From Macrostomum lignano (lineage: Eukaryota), in NCBI GenBank assembly GCA_002269645.1, contig NIVC01000997.1, positions 248,001-312,000 of the forward strand: DNA of 64,000 nt, read 5' to 3'. Positions 12,388 through 24,700 of this stretch are shown here, piece by piece (the first letter of the stretch is position 1; each line of letters opens with the position of its first letter). The notes under the pieces were generated by a model. It was not told the DNA's origin. It was given only the letters and a program-made list of their open reading frames with translations, and did not search any database. The position numbers and the translations under genes were made by a program.

Positions 12388-14415
12388 GTGTCAGCCATCA
12401 ATTACAGACTGGGGTGTCAGCCATCAATTACAGACTGGGGTGTCAGCCTCTAATTACAGACTGGGGTGTCAGCCATCAATTACAGACTGGGGTGTCAGCC
12501 TCTAATTACAGACTGGGGTGTCAGCCATCAATTACAGACTGGGGTGTCAGCCATCAATTACAGACTGGGGTGTCAGCCTCTAATTACAGACTGGGGTGTC
12601 AGCCATCAATTACAGACTGGGGTGTCAGCCTCTAATTACAGACTGGGGTGTCAGCCATCAATTACAGACTGGGGTGTCAGCCATCAATTACAGACTGGGG
12701 TGTCAGCCTCTAATTACAGACTGGGGTGTCAGCCTCTAATTACAGACTGGGGTGTCAGCCTCTAATTACAGACTGGGGTGTCAGCCATCAATTACAGACT
12801 GGGGTGTCAGCCTCTAATTACAGACTGGGGTGTCAGCCTCTAATTACAGACTGGGGTGTCAGCCTCTAATTACAGACTGGGGTGTCAGCCTCCAATTACA
12901 GACTGGGGTGTCAGCCTCTAATTACAGACTAGGGAGTCAGCCTCTAATTACAGACTGGGGTGTCAGCCTCTAATTACAGACTGGGGTGTCAGCCATGAAT
13001 TACAGACTGGGGTGTCAGCCTCTAATTACAGACTGGGGTGTCAGCCTCTAATTACAGACTGGGTGTCAGCCTCTAATTACAGACTGGGGTGTCAGCCTCT
13101 AATTACAGACTGGGGTGTCAGCCTCTAATTACAGACTGGGGTGTCAGCCTCTAATTACAGACTGGGGTGTCAGCCATCAATTACAGACTGGGGTGTCAGC
13201 CTCCAATTACAGACTGGGCAGTCAGCCTCCAATTACAGACTGGGGTGTCAGCCTCTAATTACAGACTGGGGTGTCAGCCTCCAATTACAGACTGGGCAGT
13301 CAGCCTCCAATTACAGACTGGAGATTCAGCCTCCAATTACAGACTGGGGTGTCAGCCTCTAATTACAGACTGGGGTGTCAGCCATCAATTACAGACTGGG
13401 GTGTCAGCCATCAATTACAGACTGGGGTGTCAGCCTCTAATTACAGACTGGGGTGTCAGCCTCCAATTACAGACTGGGGTGTCAGCCTACAATTACAGAC
13501 TGGGGTGTCAGCCTACAATTACAGACTGGGGTGTCAGTGTCAGCCTCTAATTACAGACTGGGGTGTCAGCCTCCAATTACAGACTGGGCAGTCAGCCTCC
13601 AATTACAGACTGGAGATTCAGCCTCCAATTACAGACTGGGGTGTCAGCCTCTAATTACAGACTGGGGTGTCAGCCTCCAATTACAGACTGGGCAGTCAGC
13701 CTCCAATTACAGACTGGAGATTCAGCCTCCAATCACATACAGACTGGGGTGTCAGCCTCTAATTACAGATTGGGGTGTCAGCCTCTAATTACAGACTAGG
13801 GAGTCAGCCTCTAATTACAGACTGGGGTGTCAGCCATCAATTACAGACTGGGGTGTCAGCCATCAATTACAGACTGGGGTGTCAGCCTCTAATTACAGAC
13901 TGGGGTGTCAGCCTCCAATTACAGACTGGGGTGTCAGCCTACAATTACAGACTGGGGTGTCAGCCTACAATTACAGACTGGGGTGTCAGTGTCAGCCTCT
14001 AATTACAGACTGGGGTGTCAGCCTCCAATTACAGACTGGGCAGTCAGCCTCCAATTACAGACTGGAGATTCAGCCTCCAATTACAGACTGGGCAGTCAGC
14101 CTCCAATTACAGACTGGAGATTCAGCCTCCAATTACAGACTGGGGTGTCAGCCTCTAATTACAGACTGGGGTGTCAGCCTCCAATTACAGACTGGGTAGT
14201 CAGCCTCCAATTACAGACTGGAGATTCAGCCTCCAATCACATACAGACTGGGGTGTCAGCCTCTAATTACAGACTGGGGTGTCAGCCTACAATTACAGAC
14301 TGGGGTGTCGGCCTCTAATTACAGACTGGGGTGTCAGCCTCCAATTAAAAACTAGGGAGTCAGCCTCCAATTACAGACTGGGGTGTCAGCCTCCAATTAC
14401 AGACTGGGACGTCAG
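12388..14415. repeat. 26-bp minisatellite (CAGACTGGGGTGTCAGCCTCTAATTA), ~2 kb, with internal higher-order duplication
   Basis: About 75 copies; rare variants recur at 452 and 504 bp spacing. Confidence 0.97.
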
Positions 14416-15111
14416 TCTAACACCAGAACAAAGGAAAAAATAATAAATCCAAGAACACAGATGACAGAAAACTTGAGTCTACAATTGAAAAGCCAGTAGG
14501 ACACGGTGCTGTACCGCAGCCGAAAGTCTCTATTGTCAGAATAATTGTTCTAGCGAGCCACCAGATTACACAACAGCTAGCCGAGTACTTGCACCAATAT
14601 AAGCCACAGAAAAATAGTTTCCAATGAATAATTATTATATTCACTTATAATTGCGTCTTTGACAGCGACTTGAGTAGTGAGAAAAAAGTGGTTAAAACAC
14701 AATAATTAGGAAGATGGTTACATAATAATTGGCTTGATAAGACACAAAAACTAACAAAGCAAAAAATAATAAGTGACAAAAATTATGGCCCAAGGAAAAC
14801 CGCTTTTAGTAGATATAAGCACAGGAACACAGGAAAATGACTGCTTGTTAGCAAATGTAGTTAGAAAAGCTATGAAATAAGGCATAAAAATTATATTCAG
14901 TGTTGCAGTTACCAATAAAAGATTAATAACCATTATAAGGGCCATTTCAATTAATAAGAAAAATTCATTTTTTATGGCCAATTCTGATCTAAATTTAGTA
15001 ACGCGTATTCACACTATACTGTATGCTATACATTATAAAGTACATGTACCAGGCAACAGGTAAGCCATTTTAATGTAAAATTATTAAAAGAAATGCTATC
15101 TATTGGAATAT

Positions 15112-15220
15112 GGGATATCGCCTGTTGGAAGGGTCACATCGCTTGTTGAAAGGGTCATATCGCTTGTTGAAAGGGTCATTATCACCTGTTGGAAGGGTCA
15201 TATCACCTGTTGGAAGGGTC
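15112..15220. repeat. Short ~22-bp tandem repeat (CCTGTTGGAAGGGTCATATC)
   Basis: About 5 degenerate copies. Confidence 0.8.
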
Positions 15221-15740
15221 CTGTCTATACATGTACACGCATAAATTTAAATACGCAAATTCAGCCAGCAAGATACACGAGTCATCATGCACTTATTATA
15301 TAAATAAAACATACAGAAGACAAAGAAGCATATCTACAAAGACTACACGACTATTATAGACTGTACATCCTGCAATGAATGAGGTCAATATCTTTAGTTA
15401 GATCTTAACAAGTGTGGTCTATAAATCAAGTAGAATATAACAGAAAGAAAATCTTTCACCTTTGCAATTAGAGCGTAGTAAACAAATTAACATAAATCAA
15501 TAAATGAAATCTTAAAATAGAGAAACGATCACAACAGATAAATGACGCACACACATACAACAGAGAATGAATACTTCGTAGCTTGAATTTTTGTGAAAGA
15601 TCCAAATTCAAAATATACGATCCACATCCCTGACGTAAGCAGATTATAAAGCTTAAAAGTCGTAAGAAACGAAAGAAACCGAAGTTCGATTTTAAAAATG
15701 ACAAATTGACGCCCAAGCCAAGACTAATTAGACTAATAGA

Positions 15741-18700
15741 CTAATGCTCGGCGGGAAGTCCCGAACTCCTGCTGCCACCAGGCGGTCTCAGCAGCACTTT
15801 CGGTAGGTAAGGCGTTTTGTCGCAGTTCTCTAAGCAGCCCAGATCGAAGCTCTGGTTGAAATTTGGGGAAGTGGGATTGATAGGCTGTTTGATGGCATTA
15901 GTAACCGCGTATCTTTATCTTGTAGTTTCCATAGCAACCAAACATTTCTAGATCCTAGTTACCAAAGCAACTAGACATCTTTCAATTCTAATTGCCATAT
16001 CAACCACGCATCTCTAGGTTCTAGTTACTATAGCAACCACGCGTATCTAGATTCTATTTGCCATAGTTACCAAACATTCCTACACTCTAGTTCCCATAGC
16101 AACAATAAAGCTCTATATTCTAGTTACCATAGCAACAATAAACATCTATATTCTAGTCACCATATCAACAATAAACCTCTATATTCTAGTTACCATAGCA
16201 ACAATAAACCTCTGTATTATAGTCACCATAGCATAGCAACAATAATCCTCCATATTCTAGTCACCATAGCAACAATAAACCTCTATATTCTAGTTACCAT
16301 AGCAACAATAAACCTCTATATTATAGTCACCATAGCATAGCAACAATAATCCTCTATATTCTAGTTACCATAGCAACAATAAACCTCTATATTCTAGTTA
16401 CCATAGCAACAGTAAACCTCTATATTCTAGTCACCATAGCAACCACAAACCTCTATACTCTAGTACCCATAGCAACCACAGGAACCTCTAGATTCCATTT
16501 AACATAGCAAACACATACCGCTAGATTCTAGTTACCATAGCAACCACAAACCTAGGTTCTGGTTACCATAGCAACCACTCATCTCAATCCTAGAGTAACG
16601 ATGCCACGAAAAAAACATCAATGGAAAGCTCCCCACTCACCTGTTCTCCAAAGCAGCCAGCCTTCCTAAGCATGTGCACCATCAGCCTGCCGAAAATGTA
16701 AGCCAAACTGATAATAACCGCCACAAACATGAACACTGTGCGAGCGTCGGACATCCCAGGAATTCGAATTAGAAAGAAACCCAAAATAAATATTTCGCCA
16801 AGGAATACGCAGACCAGTACAAGAGACTGGGACAGCCTGTGCACGTCGCGGTCCATTATCGATGGCAGATAGACGTAGTGAATATTGTAGCGGTCTACTA
16901 TCATTTTCATGATCATGTACAGGATACCTGGGATTGACATGGAGATAGATTCCGTTTATTTCATTGCGACAGATATTCTTATTCAAATACTAACCATATT
17001 CATCTCCCTGCTCTCAGATTACAGCGGTTTAATAAATACTTTATTCATCTGTTCTCCTTAAGGTTCATCCTCTCCCTCCCCAGCTCTATCCGCTCTCTCC
17101 CCAGTTCTATCCGCTCTCTCCCCAGTTCTATCCGCTCTCTCCCCAGTTCTATCCGCTCCCTCCCCAGTTCTATCCGCTCCCTACCCCCTGTTAATCCACT
17201 CCCTACCCACTGATAATCCGCTCCCTACCCCCCCCCCTGTTAATCCGCTCCCTATCCAAAGCTAATCCGCTCCCTACCCCCTGTTAATCCACTCCCTACC
17301 CACTGATAATCCGCTCCCTACCCCCTGTTAATCCGTTACGTATCCAAAGCTAATTCGCTCCCTACCCCCTGTTAATCCGCTCCCTATCCAAAGCTAATCC
17401 GCTTCCTACCCTCTGTTAATCCGCTCCATACCGCCTGTTAATTCGCTCCCTACCCCCTGTTAATCCACTCCCTACCCACTGTTAATCCGCTTTCTACCCT
17501 CTATGTTGCCGCTATCTTTCCGTGACTCACCGAACACGAGTATTAGCGGGGCCACATTAGCGTAAGTCATTACAATGCCAAATATGCAAAGCATCCAGGA
17601 CAGGTTGAAGCCGTACTGATTCTCCCATTGAACTTTCTTATAAGCCAGCTTCGCTTCAGCACTCGATCTAGCGCTGAACCAATGAAAAGCGTAGTTAATA
17701 AGCTCGGAGAAGCGTAACAGATCTGCGCAACACCCTATCATTGCCGTAGTGATGACGTAATTAACAAAGAATGACGCATTCTCGGAGACAAACACGCAGT
17801 GCCAGCGCAATCGGAACGCAGAATCGTTCGAATTCAAACTGAATATCCATTTAAAGAATTCGTCCGCTCGGGACAGGCCGAAACTGGGCAGAATGAGCAC
17901 CATGAGCAGTTGGAACAGAGTGCACTTGATCATAATAGCATAGTGCTCAGTGGACTTTGTCCAGTGCTGAATAAATAGGTCTGAATAGTAGACTATTAGC
18001 GGCAGTATGGCTGAGAAGAACCACAGAAACAGGGTTGGCAGAAACTGGGTGGCTACGTTGCGTTGGAACTGAAATTGTGTTTTCAAATATGAATAATAAC
18101 AATTATACTAGAATATTTTGTAAATTTGTCTGTTACTAAACAAGCAGATATTTGCAAAAAGCGGGCAAGTACACAGCCAGACATTTACACAAGCGCGCAA
18201 GTACACTACACAGACAGACATTTTACACAAGCGCGTAAGTACAGACAGACAGACAATTACACAAGCGCGCAAGTACACAGACAGACAATTACACAAGCGC
18301 GCAAGTACACTACACAGACAGACATTTTGCACAAGCGCGTAAGTACAGACAGACAGACAATTACACAAGCGCGCAAGTACACAGACAGACAATTACACAA
18401 GCGCGCAAGTACACTACACAGACAGACATTTTGCACAAGCGCGTAAGTACACAGATAGACATTTACACAAGCGCGTAAATACAGACAGACAGACAATTAC
18501 ACAAGCGCGCAAGTACACAGACAGACAATTACACAAGCGCGCAAGTACACAGATAGACATTTACACAAGCGCGTAAATACAGACAGACAGACAATTACAC
18601 AAGCGCGCAAGTACACAGATAGACATTTACACAAGCGCGTAAATACAGACAGACAGACAATTACACAAGCGCGCAAGTACAGACAGACAGACAGACATTT

Positions 18701-21700
18701 TGCACAAGCGCGCAAGTACTGGCTATTGCGCACTAATCTAATTACAATTGATATTTTCCCATTTTAACTCACGGCATCATTAATCCGATTCAGCTTGAGC
18801 ATAGTCATGAAATAAACCGGCGTAGTGAAGAAGAACAGCAACAGCACTAGGCCAGTATTGATCATGGCGGCTCGCAGATACCACACCAGGCTGGCCGCAT
18901 GGCTCAGATTGTGCCAGTTCAGATCTTCAGGGTAGGGCGCGTATTCAACCTTAAAATTGGGGTGCCAAAAAGGGTTCTTAGGTAGGCAGTTCCGCCTTTG
19001 GAGTTGGGGATTGGTCCTCCCCATGGAAAAGCAAATTAATGTGGTCACGTGAGCACGGAATCGAACCAGGTTCCTTTAGCTTGTTAAACATTTGGATTGT
19101 AAAAATTGACAGACAGTGATTATTGATGGACAGGTAGGTTACCAATAATGGACAGGTAGGTTATCATTGATAGACGGATAGGTTATCATTGATGGACAGG
19201 TAGGTTATCATTGATGGACAGGTAGGTTATCATTGATGAGCAGGTAGGTTATCATTGATGGACAGGTAGGTTATCGTTGATAGATGGGTAGGTTGTCGCT
19301 GATAGACAGGTCGGTTATCACTGATGGACAGGTAGGTTATCGTTGATGGACAGGTAGGTTATCGTTGATAGATGGGTAGGATATCACTGATGGACAGGTA
19401 GGTTATCATTGATAGATGGGTAGGTTATCATTGATAGATGGGTAGGTTATCATTGATAGATGGGTAGGTTATCATTGATAGATGGGTAGGTTATCTTTGA
19501 TAGATGGGTAGGTTATCAGTGATGGACAGGTAGGTCCATCCTAGCTAGTAGCTAGGCCAGGGCAACAATCGATCAAACCCACCGTCCACGAGTCGGTCTG
19601 CAACACCTCGGAGTGGACGCTGCGTGCCGGGCCACGCCTATTGAATGGCAGCAGGCCGCACAGGTGGCCCTGGGCACGTTGGTAATCCGACAGCACGTGA
19701 CTGGCATCGGTTGGCGTGGCAAATTCAACGAATATGAATGGCAGTTTGCGGCTCTTCGAGACCTGCGGTTGGCAAGTCGGTTTAGTTAGTAATAATTAGT
19801 ATTAATAGCTTTATGTACTACGATTACTACTACTATCAATACCTATACTAATACAGATAAAACAGATTTAGATCCAACTTGCTACTACTACTGCTACTAC
19901 TATTACTACTGCTACTACTACTACAACTACTACTACCACCGCTACTACTACTACTACTACTATTACTACTGCTACTACTACTAATACTACTATAACTACA
20001 GATACTACTACTGCTACTTACTACTACTACTGCTACTACTACTATTAGTACTGCTACTACTACATATACTACTATTACTAAAGATACTACTACTACTACC
20101 GCTAGCACTCACCTCAGCCTCATGCGTCAGTCTCTTGCTGATATTCTCCAATCTATCAGCGTAGTAAGTGACGGCATCCTCGGTGCCGCAGCAGCAGCCG
20201 CCGCACAGCCAAGTGCAACGGCACTTAGTTACGGACACCTGCGGCGGTTCAGCTATCGGAGTGGTGGATGAGGAGGCTGCACCGGTGGCTGCCGCTGCGT
20301 CCGCTGCAGCTTCGGCTTCTTCTCGGCAGAGTTGCAGCACGGCAGATATGAATATGCTGGATTAGGCAAAAAATTGTTTATTTTTTATAAAATGCGTGAT
20401 TCTAACATTTTTCCGTATATTTTACTCAAGTTATTACGATTTTCTCGTATTTCTACTACTAGTAGAAATATTAAAATTTAATCTCTTTTTTTACCTTTCA
20501 TCGTGCAGTTTCTGCAGTTTAGCTGTATCATAAACAAAGTTGACCTTCTCAACCAGTACGTTAGGATAGGCTTCGCTGTAAAAAATATTGAAACAATAAA
20601 CAATATGATATAGATACCTCTGACACAGATAATAGTGCTACCTTTCTCAGTTGAGTTTGGTACATCACTGACAGAACAGAGAGCCTCACAGAATGTATAA
20701 GATAATGGCTTTATAATGCGCATTTTGTGGTCAGAAAGTCAGAGGTTGCATAGAATGAAAATCGACATAGAATACATGAAATCAGACATAAAACAAATGA
20801 CTTCACACACAGAGCACATGAAATAAGACATAGAGCCCTTGACTTTAAAGACATAGAGCACGTGAAATAAGACAGAACACATGCCTTTACAGACATAGAA
20901 CACATGCCTTTACAGACATAGAACACATGCCTTTACAGACATAGAACACATGACTTTACAGACATAAAACACATGGCTTTACAGACATAAAACACATGAC
21001 TTTATAGACATAAAACACATGGCTTTACAGACACAGAACACATGCCTTTACAAACATAGAACACATGACTTTACAGACATAAAACACATGACTTTATAGA
21101 CATAAAACACATGACTTTATAGACATAAAACACATGCCTTTACAGACATAGAACACGACTTTACAGACACAGAACACATGACTTTACAGACATAGAACAC
21201 GACTTTACAGACATAGAACACGACTTTACAGACATAGAACACGACTTTACAGACATAGAACACATGCCTTTACAGACATAGAACACATGACTTTACAGAC
21301 ATAAAACACATGACTTTACAGACATAAAACACATGGCTTTACAGACACAGAACACATGCCTTTACAGACATAGAACACATGACTTTACAGACATAAAACA
21401 CATGGCTTTACAGACATAAAACACAACTTTATAGACATAAAACACATGGCTTTACAGACACAGAACACATGCCTTTACAGACATAGAACACGACTTTACA
21501 GACATAGAACACACGATGACTTCGCAGACATAGCACACCTAGACAGCACATTGACAGAATAACATGACAGACCCAGAACACACAGAGTGACTAACAACCT
21601 AGCCCCGCCCCACCCCACCCAGACAGCAGCACTCACCGAAAGTGGCCCATAATAACAGCTTCATCTAGCAGCCGCTCTGGCACGCCCTTGACCATCAGGC

Positions 21701-24700
21701 AGTTGGGATTCACGCTATAAGCATCGTAGGACACCACGTGCCGACTGTAGTGACACATGAACAGAGCAGCCAATAGCATATAACCAGCCGATAACACGCC
21801 ATGAACCCATAGCGAAAACGATTCGCCTTTAATATTACTAATAGTAGTTCGAGAGAAATCGCCCACTTTGTCAGTGAAAGCTCCGTGAATATTGAGCGGC
21901 AATACGATAGACAGGGACAGTACTAGCACAACTAGCAACAATACGAATATGTAACGCTGCAGTTTGATGTAGCGCACAGCATCTTTGCCAGCAACTGAAC
22001 CAATGTCTTCGTCTGTTAGCTGTATAAATGACTTCAGGCTGCGGAACAGGCCCTTAGAACAGAAATGGGGGAGGAATTGGGGAGTAGAAATTCAAATTAT
22101 AAAATCATCGTCAGAATGGAAACTGACTCGAAATCCCTAAAAACCCCTTAAACGGATTCGGAATCTCCTTAAAATTCTATGAAATGTTTCTGAAATCCCC
22201 ACAAATCCCTTTAAATTATTTGAAAGCCCCAAATCTGATTTAGAATCCCAATTAATCGCCTAAACTGGTTCAGAATTCCCATTAATTCCCTAAACTGATT
22301 TGAAATCCCCAAGAATCCCCTAATATGATTTGAAATCCCATTAATCCCCTAAACTAAATTTGAAATCCCCAATAATCCCCTAATATGATTTAAAATCCCC
22401 ATTAATCCACTAATCTGATTCAGAATTCCCATTAATCCTCTAAACTAAATTTGAAATCCCCATTAATCCCCTAATATGATTTAAAATCCCCATTAATCCG
22501 CTAATCTGATTCAGAATCTCCATTAATCTTCTAAACTGATTTGAAATCCTCAATAATCACCCAAACTGATTTGAAATCCCCAATAATCCCCTAAACTGAT
22601 TTGAAGTCCCATTTATTACCTTAAAATTCCCACTCCAAAAAATCGCCACTCACAGGATCCTGCTGCAGGTTGCTGGCTCCGCCACCGACCCGACCGCCGC
22701 CGCCGCCGCCAGCAGACTCAGGCGCCCCCGACATTGATTCCGGCAATAAATTGGGCGAATAGGAGGCGTCAGACGACTCGTTGCCCTGCGCGCCAGGGCG
22801 ATTATCGTCCGAAGGCGTTGAGGCCACCGCGCTAGCTCGATGGTGCCGCTTCAGGTTGCCGTAGAAGAACTGCGACCAGCTAGAAGGGATGATTAAAAAA
22901 TTAATATGATATCTTTTAGAATTCTAGAATGCTCAAGAGGTGGCCGCGCGATTCTATGACTGCCACTGTTTGCTCTTTCTTAGAAGGACGAGAATAGAAT
23001 TAGCTGACTTTGTTAATTGTCATCTCTTTTCTGTCTAATCTGACATCTAATAACGTCTAATCTGATCTTAATAGCTGCATAATTTGGTCTCAAATGACTG
23101 TCTAATCTGATCTGAATACCTATCTAATCTTATTTTTAATATCTGTCTAATCTGATCTTTAATAACTGTCTAATCTGATTTTTAATGACTGTTTAATCTG
23201 ATCTCTAATAACTGTCTAATCTGATTTTTAATGACTGTCTAATCTGATCTTAATACCTGTCTAATCTCATCTCAAATGACTGTCTAATATGATCTTAATA
23301 ACTGTCTAATCTCATCTCAAATGACTGTCTAATCTGATCTCTAATGACTGTCCAATCTGATTTTCAATGACTGTCTAATCTGATCTTAATACCTGTCTAA
23401 TTTGATCTCAAATGATTGTCTAATCTGATCTTAATACCTGTCTAATTTGATCTCAAATGACTGTCTAATCTGATCTCTAATACCTGTCTAATCTGATCTC
23501 AAATGACTGTCTAATCTGATCTCTAATACCTGTCTAATCTGATCTCAAATGACTGTCTAATCTGATCTCTAATAACTGTCTAATCAGATTTTTAATGACT
23601 GTCTAATCTGATCTTAATACCTGTCTAATTTGATCTCAAATGACTGTCTAACCTGATCTCTAATACCTGTCTAATCTGATCTCAAATGACTGTCTAATCT
23701 GATCTCTAATGACTGTCCAATCTGATATTCAATGACTGTCTAATCTGATCTCTAATACCTGTCTAATCTGATCTCAAATGACTGTCTAATCTGATCTCTA
23801 ATAACTGTCTAATCAGATTTTTAATGACTGTCTAATCTGATCTTAATACCTGTCTAATTTGATCTCAAATGACTGTCTAATCTGGTCCCTGATGACTGTC
23901 TTATCCGGTTTTGATAACTATCTAATTTAATACAATCTGTTATAACATCTATTTCGCTACAATTATTTTCCTAAATCAACACACCCCTTCTGCAAACATG
24001 ACAATGAATTATACTTTAATGTCTAGTGTTAATTATAGCAACTTCAAAAAATTACTTTACAAATTGTAGACCACAGAATTGCCAACGAATTTATCTCCCG
24101 TGATAACAAAGGAACGCCTCATACGTACACCAGTTATGGATTAATTATAGAATTAGTGCGAATTTCTCTCACCACTTTGCCATTAAACAGATTAAACTAG
24201 TTTAATTTTTTTAGGTAATTAGTGCAAGTTGATGATAAAAATTGCAGTTTAAAGCTTTTATTATTAAACTATAGATAAGGCGTCACATTTTATGACGCAA
24301 TTATTCTGGTTTATAAAGGCGACAATTAAATTGATCAATCACGCCCAACTGGCCGGGGTTAAGCAAGCGCACACTCAAAGACAATAAATAATAATACCGC
24401 CAACACCAGATTGCAAACGTACACATTATAGTTGCGCTGTTTCTTAATTAAATAGCTGAAATTTTTGTTCAGGTTTCGGGTAGCAGACAAATCAATATGC
24501 GAATGGAAACAAAAATGAACAAACAAACAAACAAACAACGAAAACACACGTAGGATAAATGAATTTTATTATTTACTATCATGCAACTTCAATTTGTTAC
24601 GTACCCTACATATCGTTAGTAGGTCCGGGTCCTTATTTCAGAAATCATTTTATTTCTCAACTAAACATGTACAACATCAGGAGCTAAAAAGTATGATGTT

